A DNA stretch of 64,000 nt from sequence record NC_031039.1. One strand, given 5' to 3'. Below, piece after piece: positions 19,236 to 26,229 of this stretch. Made by a program: the position numbers and the translations under genes. How positions within the stretch are numbered: the stretch's first letter is position 1; the number at the start of each line of letters is the position of its first letter. The notes under the pieces were generated by a model. The model did no database searches and was not told the origin of the DNA. It saw only the letters and a list, made by a program, of their open reading frames with translations.

Positions 19236-20003
19236 ATGACAAACAATTTATACCAAAAACATAATTATCTAAATAAAAGAATTAGTTATCTCAAGAATAA
19301 TATTATAAGAGAATATGATATGACCAATGCTGGCGTCAATATTCTACGGAAAAATAATGTTATTACGGAAGAAGAATATCGACATTTAAATTCAATGGAA
19401 AAATTAAAAAAGAATAAAACAGTTGGCTTGTTCTTAAAAAAGAATCCTGATATTAGTGAAGCATTGATCAATGAGTTTGTTTTAATTAGGAAAGAGTTAT
19501 TTGAGAAGAATAATATTGATGATGATGATATCTTATCAATTAAAAAAGATGCAGTTTTTATCATTAATAAAAAGTTAACCAATTTAGAATTAAACGAATA
19601 TTATAAATTCCAAGAAAAGAATAGGTATATTAGTTATATTAATATTGATAATAAAGAGTTTTATTATAAATCAGATAGAACTCTAGATATTAAGGGTTAT
19701 AGTAAGGAAATAAAGGAATTCCATAAAGATTACTTATTTAAAGATTTAGAAGAACTTCTTTTCCTAGATACACATAATGAAGAAAATGCACTATTTGAGA
19801 AATTAATACAACTTAAATATAATTTCGTAACCAGAGAATTACCTTATCAGTACTATCTAGATTTAATTTATGGTAAATATTTATATGGTATTTTAAATCA
19901 TATGTATTACTTGGACGAAATAACAGAAGATTTAAAAAAATATGTTCTAATCAATAACAACCTTAATTTCTTACTTAGGGTGATAAATATTCTATTAAAA
20001 TGA
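19236..20003 (+). CDS. Divergent family-B DNA-polymerase-like palm protein
   Basis: IREYDMTNAG (motif A-like) and ILSIKKDAVF (motif C-like); only 255 aa, no exonuclease domain. Confidence 0.45.
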   Translation: MTNNLYQKHNYLNKRISYLKNNIIREYDMTNAGVNILRKNNVITEEEYRHLNSMEKLKKNKTVGLFLKKNPDISEALINEFVLIRKELFEKNNIDDDDILSIKKDAVFIINKKLTNLELNEYYKFQEKNRYISYINIDNKEFYYKSDRTLDIKGYSKEIKEFHKDYLFKDLEELLFLDTHNEENALFEKLIQLKYNFVTRELPYQYYLDLIYGKYLYGILNHMYYLDEITEDLKKYVLINNNLNFLLRVINILLK

Positions 20004-20038
20004 TTAAAACAGTAGACTGAAACTCTACTGTTTTAATC
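20002..20038. terminator. Bidirectional terminator between convergent genes
   Basis: GATTAAAACAGTAGA-ctgaaac-TCTACTGTTTTAATC 15-bp inverted repeat. Confidence 0.75.
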
Positions 20039-20044
20039 GTTATA

Positions 20045-20500
20045 TTATTTTACTTTTTTTATAGTTGTTCTATTAAGTTCCACTGTAATCTCAGCAATTC
20101 GATTATATACCAAAACAGTAACAAAATCAGTTAAATCCCGAATATAGACACTTAAACTTTCTTTATAAGGTTCTGATAGTTGTTGCATTACACTATGAGT
20201 AGTCTCAGCAGTTATTTTTATAAGAATATCATCATTTAATAAAGATAGACTAGTAGATCTTCTTTGATATGGGATTAATTTTAAATCTCTAGATTTGTTA
20301 CAAAAATAATCTACTAAAAACATTAGATATTTAGTATCTGACTCAAAATCTTTATTAGCTAATTTTTTTTCTATGTTCCCATTAATAGAATTTAATCCCT
20401 TACTTTTATCTAAAGTACCTACAATCTTAATCATAAATTTAGCGAAAAAAAGAATAACAAAAAGGTTTAACAGTACAATTAAAGCAATTAATAGTTCCAT
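20045..20500 (-). CDS. Membrane-anchored protein
   Basis: Start reset to ATG 20500 (RBS AGGAGG); N-terminal TM helix LLIALIVLLNLFVILFFA. Confidence 0.7.
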   Translation of the reverse strand: MELLIALIVLLNLFVILFFAKFMIKIVGTLDKSKGLNSINGNIEKKLANKDFESDTKYLMFLVDYFCNKSRDLKLIPYQRRSTSLSLLNDDILIKITAETTHSVMQQLSEPYKESLSVYIRDLTDFVTVLVYNRIAEITVELNRTTIKKVK

Positions 20501-20543
20501 TGATATTCCTCCTATAAAAAAAAAGAAGGACTCAATGTCCTTC

Positions 20544-21077
20544 TTATTCTCCATTTCTTATTTTTAAAGCACGTTCTTTATATTCAACAGCAAGACTATC
20601 TGCCATTTCTTGGTAGTAAGTATATGGATCATCTTTTAATGTAATGTTCTTTCCTTTGTGACCTCTTAACCAATTAAACTGCAATATGATACGTTTCCTA
20701 GCAAAATAAATTTTATATTCATTTAATAATTTCCATAAATCTAGATTTTTTATTTCCCCAGAAGAATTTCTCCATCCATTTTTAATCCATTTATTTAATC
20801 TATCTCTTGCCCCTAGTATAGTATATTCTGAATCTGATATAATTTCAATGACTCCTATTTCATTAGGATTCTTTTCAACAAAATCTTTCATTTCTTTTAA
20901 CCCTAAAATTACACCCATTAATTCATTATAATTATTTGTTGATTTATCAAAAGCTTTTAATCGTTTACCTATTAATTGAAATTCTTCATTTACAAATAAT
21001 GTTGCACATGTACCAAGAGCATCTGGTTTACCATTATGAAATGAAGCGGCATCTGAGAAAATATAAATCTTTTTCAT
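20544..21077 (-). CDS. rnhA: Ribonuclease HI
   Basis: IFSDAA, TNNYNEL, IISDSEY, W..NGW, NLDLWK, WLRGH, MADSLA motifs; early motif at 21113-21125. Confidence 0.92.
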   Translation of the reverse strand: MKKIYIFSDAASFHNGKPDALGTCATLFVNEEFQLIGKRLKAFDKSTNNYNELMGVILGLKEMKDFVEKNPNEIGVIEIISDSEYTILGARDRLNKWIKNGWRNSSGEIKNLDLWKLLNEYKIYFARKRIILQFNWLRGHKGKNITLKDDPYTYYQEMADSLAVEYKERALKIRNGE

Positions 21078-21203
21078 ATGAATCTCCTCCTAAAAAATAT
21101 GTATTCATTATAATAATATATATTTGAAACATGTATATGTTATTAATAATAATTAAAATAAACAATATAATATTTCATAATACTATAAGGATGGTGAGAA
21201 AAA

Positions 21204-21908
21204 ATGTTAGTACCAAAGATGAATAATCCAAGTCTTATAAATGAAGATGAGTCTTATGAAGTTGTAATTGATTCTATTGATGATCGTGCAGACTTTTTTA
21301 ATTTTGAAATTACTTCTAATGAGAAGGAAAGACTAAAATTTATCAAACGAATTGAAAAGATAATTAGACGTTCATTTGAATATAAAACTTATATTGGCTT
21401 TTTAAAAAATGAACTAGATTTGACAAAATGTACTTTCCTTCCAATGGTAGATACAAAGGAAATTAAAAAAGTTGGTTTAGAATTCCATCACTACCCTTTT
21501 ACTCTTTTTGATATTGTAAGCATAGTACTAGATGAACATATTCTTGTTAATGGAGAAAAAAGAATTAATCCATTTGATATTGCTGAAGAAGTCATGGAAT
21601 TACATTATCAGAATTATATAGGGTTAGTTCCACTTACAAAAACTGTTCATGAGCTAGTACACTCTGGAAAGATTTTTGTAAACCTTAACTATGTGTTTGG
21701 TAACTATACTAAGTTTATTAATAAGTATGAGTCAGCCAATACTGAAAATTTCCAAGTATTATTAGGTAATTTAGAACAACTTAGTCAGAAAGAAGATAGA
21801 GAAGGAAGTATTAATGGTGATATCCTAGACAAGAGTCTATTAAAACTTAATATTAAAGATATTGAAAATCCTAATAAGATTGAAGTAGAAGATGAACTTC
21901 TTGCATAA
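21204..21908 (+). CDS. HNH-like protein, paralog of 33104-33796
   Basis: LEFHHYPF...GLVPLTKTVHELVH resembles the HNH beta-beta-alpha-metal pattern; late motif AACA-ATATAA-TA at 21161-21172. Confidence 0.6.
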   Translation: MLVPKMNNPSLINEDESYEVVIDSIDDRADFFNFEITSNEKERLKFIKRIEKIIRRSFEYKTYIGFLKNELDLTKCTFLPMVDTKEIKKVGLEFHHYPFTLFDIVSIVLDEHILVNGEKRINPFDIAEEVMELHYQNYIGLVPLTKTVHELVHSGKIFVNLNYVFGNYTKFINKYESANTENFQVLLGNLEQLSQKEDREGSINGDILDKSLLKLNIKDIENPNKIEVEDELLA

Positions 21909-21967
21909 ATATTAAGTTTTAAAAAATTTATTTCTCTTTTTTATTTTAAAAATTACCCTGCATTTCA

Positions 21968-21979
21968 AACAATTTAATA
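21968..21979 (+). promoter_or_regulatory. Late promoter motif driving the intergenic ncRNA
   Basis: AACA-ATTTAA-TA; predicted +1 at 21979 is the base immediately before the first hairpin. Confidence 0.65.
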
Positions 21980-22239
21980 CGTGTGAGAGTAGCATCCTTT
22001 CACGATGTTCACACGGAAGGAGATAGTGAGAGGTCTCCTTCTTACTCAACTGTTCGCAATGTGATTTCTCCATTTAGTACTCTGTGCATACCTCTATAGG
22101 TAAACTCTTTATGGGATGATCTTTGTCATTGGTTTTTGTTTCACCTCCGCATTAGTCACTGAGAGGTTTACCGATCCTCTTGGTGACAATGTGACTGTTC
22201 TAGTTGTTAATGTTGGTGCAATTCCAACAACAGTCACCA
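21979..22239 (+). ncRNA. Structured ~260-nt non-coding RNA ending in a tRNA-like acceptor/T-arm domain with CCA
   Basis: GC-richer island without a long ORF; helices CGTGTGA/TCACACG, GAAGGAGA/TCTCCTTC, GGTAAACTCT/AGAGGTTTACC; 3' GACTGTT...GTTGG-TGCAATT-CCAAC-AACAGTC-A-CCA. Confidence 0.75.
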
Positions 22240-22468
22240 AATCTAAAATATAAAATTAGCTTTTCATTGGCGGAAAACACTTTTTTATATTTAAGAAAAT
22301 ATAACCATCAAACGTTTCTATTCCCTATTAATAGTTAGATGATAACGATCTTTCTATTACATCCAATCCGATACTCCTTCTAATTTTTATTGGTCTAATC
22401 AATTCTGTTCGCCATTGATTTAACTAATAAGATTTAGAAGGGGTAAATTATTGAAAGGAATGATTTAA

Positions 22469-22828
22469 ATGAATATAGTACTTGAAGCTTTGCTTCTAAA
22501 AAAGTATGAAAAAGAAATTGATGCATTACATACACATTTAAAAGCTGAAATAGAAAGAGCTATTAATATTTATAAAAATTTAGCTATTGAAGAACTCTTA
22601 GATTATAATAAAAATTATGAACTACAAGAAGAATTCTCTTCTCCGTTTAAAAGTAAGTGGATTAAGAGTATTGAATATCTTACACATTTAAAAAGATCTA
22701 TGAATCTTGGTCAATTTAATATTCTTAAAGCAGATTTAGATGAGTTAGATAACCATCTGTCCCATCCAAAATTAAATAGAGACAAGACTATTATTCGTTC
22801 TTTAATTGATGAAATATTAAAATTTTAA
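22469..22828 (+). CDS. Hypothetical protein
   Basis: 119 aa, RBS GAAAGGA. Confidence 0.7.
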   Translation: MNIVLEALLLKKYEKEIDALHTHLKAEIERAINIYKNLAIEELLDYNKNYELQEEFSSPFKSKWIKSIEYLTHLKRSMNLGQFNILKADLDELDNHLSHPKLNRDKTIIRSLIDEILKF

Positions 22829-22904
22829 TTTCATCATTTTTTATAAAAATAATCTTACATTTAACATATAAATATGGAATAAATTTTACTCTTCTAGATT
22901 TTAT

Positions 22905-22976
22905 TCCCCTTTAGCTCAATGGTAGAGCATCTCACTGTTACTGAGATGGTTGCAAGTTCGAGTCTTGCAGGGGGAG
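22905..22976 (+). tRNA. tRNA-Asn (GTT), CCA not encoded
   Basis: Cloverleaf TCCCCTT/AGGGGGA, D-arm GCTC/GAGC, anticodon arm TCTCA-CTGTTAC-TGAGA, T-arm GCAAG-TTCGAGT-CTTGC, discriminator G; late motif at 22863-22874. Confidence 0.95.
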
Positions 22977-23019
22977 TAAAGTCTAGAAGGGTTTTTACTG
23001 CCTATTTAGGAGGTCTATA

Positions 23020-23157
23020 ATGTTTAACTTCTTAATAATCTTATTTGATATATTTATAATATTATGTATGTTACCGTTTCTATTTATATTTAATTCAATG
23101 GGAAAAATGATCCTGCTAAAAAATAGGGAGAAAAATATAGATGTTAAAAAAGATTAG
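23020..23157 (+). CDS. Small membrane protein (45 aa), below ORF-track cutoff
   Basis: RBS AGGAGG, MFNFLIILFDIFIILCMLPFLFIF...; overlaps next start. Confidence 0.6.
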   Translation: MFNFLIILFDIFIILCMLPFLFIFNSMGKMILLKNREKNIDVKKD

Positions 23158-23476
23158 ATATTTTATTAAATCAGATGTAGAGTTACATTGTCGTAATATT
23201 TGGGAAGATGGAGTTAAAAGGATTGATGGTTTTAATTTTATAAGTAAGAAACCATTTTCTAATAGTTATCAGTATCATGCACCTCTAACTCTTGAATGTA
23301 CTTATAGAATGTTAAAACTGATTCAAAGATCTATAAAAGAAAATAAGAGATCATTAACTTTTAAAATTAATCATGGTATGTCATGTAGTGAATCTATTAC
23401 TATATGGAAAGGTAGTTTTAAAAAAGCTGAAAAATTAATGTTTGATTTAATAGAAAATATTCAAAAACAATATTAA
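23141..23476 (+). CDS. Hypothetical protein
   Basis: 111 aa, RBS GGGAG. Confidence 0.7.
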   Translation: MLKKIRYFIKSDVELHCRNIWEDGVKRIDGFNFISKKPFSNSYQYHAPLTLECTYRMLKLIQRSIKENKRSLTFKINHGMSCSESITIWKGSFKKAEKLMFDLIENIQKQY

Positions 23477-23558
23477 TTTTCAAATTAAAAACTAAAATAA
23501 GTAAACTAGATATTAGATAATCTAGTTTACTTATTAAATTATGGAGTGAGGAGTATAA

Positions 23559-24329
23559 ATGACAATGTTAACGGTTAAACAGAGAATCGGAAATCTACAT
23601 GATAATATCAATAATGCAAGAAGTAATATAGTAAGTCTCTCAGACAATATTAATGAAATTAAAGAAATCTACAAGGAAATAAATTCTTCTAAATCATTTT
23701 TACGAGATGTTGAACAATTATTGGCTACAAAGTATAATAATGAGATTAAGAAGATTTTAGAAAGTATTTTTGATAATAAAACTTTAACAGGTTTCCATGA
23801 AAATACTGAAACTAATGTAGTTAATGTAAGTCTAAATTTATTTGATAAAATAACAAAAGATGTTGATGAAGAATTTTTTGATATTAATATATTGGAAATT
23901 TTATCTTCACAGAGAATTGAGATTGATTTTGATTCTAGAATTATTGAGAATGTTTCAATGAAATCAACTTTGGAATTCATATCTAGTATTATTAGACAGA
24001 AGATAGAATCAAAAGAAGTATTAAATATTAGACTAAATCATAATTTAAAACGACTGGATAAGAGTATTAAGATCACAAAAAAATCAAGAGAAATCAATCA
24101 AGAATCTAAGAATAAAATAAATGAGCAAATTATTGCCAATGAAATTTATATTACAAAGGCGAATAACTTTATTAAAGAGCCACAGTTAAATATTTATATC
24201 CAAAAACTAGAGAAAGAGATAGAATCTAGTATGGAAAAAATGAAGAACTACTTAGATAGTTATTTTGGAATTGAATTTTTTATTCAAAGTAAAAATAATA
24301 GATTAAGTGAGTCATTATCCTCTAATTAG
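23559..24329 (+). CDS. Hypothetical coiled-coil protein
   Basis: 256 aa, heptad-like N- and C-terminal regions; RBS GAGGAG. Confidence 0.7.
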   Translation: MTMLTVKQRIGNLHDNINNARSNIVSLSDNINEIKEIYKEINSSKSFLRDVEQLLATKYNNEIKKILESIFDNKTLTGFHENTETNVVNVSLNLFDKITKDVDEEFFDINILEILSSQRIEIDFDSRIIENVSMKSTLEFISSIIRQKIESKEVLNIRLNHNLKRLDKSIKITKKSREINQESKNKINEQIIANEIYITKANNFIKEPQLNIYIQKLEKEIESSMEKMKNYLDSYFGIEFFIQSKNNRLSESLSSN

Positions 24330-24368
24330 TTTATAACAATAAATTAAATAAATAAAGGAGGGTTATTA

Positions 24369-24788
24369 ATGACACCTGAACTTATGAATTTAATTTATTG
24401 TGTTATTCTAGCAGTAGTTGTATTAGCTGGAGGTTTTGGAGTTAGTGTCTTCCTAAAAAGACATAAAGAACTAGCTCCAGTCCTTCAAGAAGTAACTAAT
24501 GCTCTTCCAACTGTATTAGGAGTACTAAAGGCTATTGTGACTAAGGGTGTTTCACAACATCCTGCGGCTCATGCTTTTGATGTTTTACAAAAAGTGGCTG
24601 AAGTTGCCGCTAAAGGTGTAGAGCAAGTGAGTCAAGGTACAGAGTTGCAATCTGAAGAAAAATTAAAGTTGGCTAAAGAAAACTTCCATGCTATTGCTGA
24701 AGGTGTTGGTCTTAAGCCATCTGAACTTGATGAGAAGGCTGTTGAAACTCTCATTGAGAATGTAGTATTTCATTTCAACAAAAAATAA
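24369..24788 (+). CDS. Holin (LL-H-like family)
   Basis: N-terminal TM helix, then VAEVAAKGVEQ...SEEKLKLA...LIENVV pattern; late motif at 24335-24346. Confidence 0.7.
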   Translation: MTPELMNLIYCVILAVVVLAGGFGVSVFLKRHKELAPVLQEVTNALPTVLGVLKAIVTKGVSQHPAAHAFDVLQKVAEVAAKGVEQVSQGTELQSEEKLKLAKENFHAIAEGVGLKPSELDEKAVETLIENVVFHFNKK

Positions 24789-24828
24789 TAAATTGCTCCT
24801 ATAATCCTAAAAGATTATAGGAGTTTTT

Positions 24829-24841
24829 AAATATATATTAT
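24829..24841 (+). promoter_or_regulatory. Early promoter motif
   Basis: AAATATATATTAT after the holin terminator. Confidence 0.7.
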
Positions 24842-25038
24842 TTCTTTGTAATTAGATAACAAAAATTAAGGGGGAATAATATGAATATTCAGTACATATT
24901 GCGTATAAAGATTATGGAACATTCTACACTCAAATATCTGCAAAAGATTATAATGATGCTATTTCAAAAATGATCAATAATGCAGTTATGGAAGGAAAGC
25001 AAATACTATCTATCAAAGTTTATTAAGGAGTAAAGTTA

Positions 25039-25218
25039 ATGGCTGTTAATGATACTTTAGGAATGATTATGGGTGTATTATTCATATTCATATTTACTTA
25101 TGGACTAGTTACTGTTAAAACTAAATTAGAGAAAGCTATATTCTCAATATTTGCATTGTTATTTATTGGATTCTTTATTTTTAATATTACTATGTTAGTA
25201 TTGGAAACAACAAGATAA
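25039..25218 (+). CDS. Small two-TM membrane protein (59 aa)
   Basis: RBS AAGGAG; MAVNDTLGMIMGVLFIFIFTYGLV...; below ORF-track cutoff. Confidence 0.65.
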   Translation: MAVNDTLGMIMGVLFIFIFTYGLVTVKTKLEKAIFSIFALLFIGFFIFNITMLVLETTR

Positions 25219-25237
25219 AATAAAGGAGTGATTAATA

Positions 25238-25606
25238 ATGGAACATTCATTTTGTCCAGAATGTTATGAGATGAGAGATTTTAATGAAGTTTTTGAAGGT
25301 GATACTTTTAATATTTATGGGCATGAAATTAAAATTGTTAGTCGTTTTCTAGAATGCATAGTATGTGGTAAAAAGATTACTGATCCAAAAAGAATTGATG
25401 AGAATTTTATTAAAGCTTATACTAAGTATAGGAATGAAAATAACCTTCTTCATTCAGAAGAGATAAAAAATATTAGAGAAAAGAAAAACTTATCTCAAGA
25501 AGAATTTGCAGAAATACTTGGTTGCTCTAAAAGAACTATTCAAAGAATTGAAACAGGAGCTTTACAAACTAAAGAACAAGATAAAAAAATAAGAGAATTA
25601 GTTTAA
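25238..25606 (+). CDS. MqsA-family Zn-ribbon/HTH protein (orphan antitoxin-like)
   Basis: CPEC...CIVCG Zn ribbon followed by EEIKNIREKKNLSQEEFAEILGCSKRTIQRIETG XRE HTH. Confidence 0.8.
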   Translation: MEHSFCPECYEMRDFNEVFEGDTFNIYGHEIKIVSRFLECIVCGKKITDPKRIDENFIKAYTKYRNENNLLHSEEIKNIREKKNLSQEEFAEILGCSKRTIQRIETGALQTKEQDKKIRELV

Positions 25607-25634
25607 ATAACTAATTAATTGGGAGAGAAAACAA

Positions 25635-26123
25635 ATGGCAATGACAGTGCAAACAGAGGAATTAATGAAAATGAGAAATTTACGTTCTAGAGACATTCAA
25701 GGTAGAAAGGCAATCCTAACTGAAGATGTTGCATTCTTTACTTCTGTTTCTAGAAATGATAATAGTCTTGTTGTATTTGAAAAAGGAACAGAGGTTATTG
25801 GTGTTTATAGAATGACCAATACTGATTTATATATCTTTAGATTTAATGGTTTATATAATTTTCCTATTAGATCATATAAATTTGAATGGAAAGACGAAAG
25901 AGAAGATGATAATTTATATAATGGGGGAAAAGACTTTACCTACTGTACTGAATGTAATGAAGTTCTTAATAGTGAAGATGACTTATATCCAGATATGTGT
26001 AATGAATGTGGTACAGAAAAATCATATAATTTTAGAAAACCAATGAAATTTAGTAATGATAATGATGAATTTCACGAAATTACCAATTATGAACCAGTAG
26101 GATATTCAACTGATAATGACTAA
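25635..26123 (+). CDS. Hypothetical protein with C-terminal Zn ribbon
   Basis: CTEC...CNECG; 162 aa. Confidence 0.7.
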   Translation: MAMTVQTEELMKMRNLRSRDIQGRKAILTEDVAFFTSVSRNDNSLVVFEKGTEVIGVYRMTNTDLYIFRFNGLYNFPIRSYKFEWKDEREDDNLYNGGKDFTYCTECNEVLNSEDDLYPDMCNECGTEKSYNFRKPMKFSNDNDEFHEITNYEPVGYSTDND

Positions 26124-26146
26124 GTAGATAATTCATGGGGAATTTA

Positions 26147-26183
26147 AAATAAGAACAATCTTATATAGAGATTGTTCTTATTT
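26147..26183 (+). promoter_or_regulatory. Terminator hairpin overlapping a late promoter
   Basis: 15-bp inverted repeat; AACA-ATCTTA-TA at 26154-26165 with +1 in the loop. Confidence 0.6.
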
Positions 26184-26229
26184 TTTTTTATTATATGTTT
26201 AAAAATTATTTAAATGGGGAGAATTATAA

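Noticed and set aside
21979-22239. tmRNA or SRP RNA identity for the ncRNA
   Set aside because: No Ala G3-U70 acceptor (stem is GAC/GUC), the acceptor 5' strand is internal, no tag frame was seen, and there is no Bacillus SRP-like sequence.
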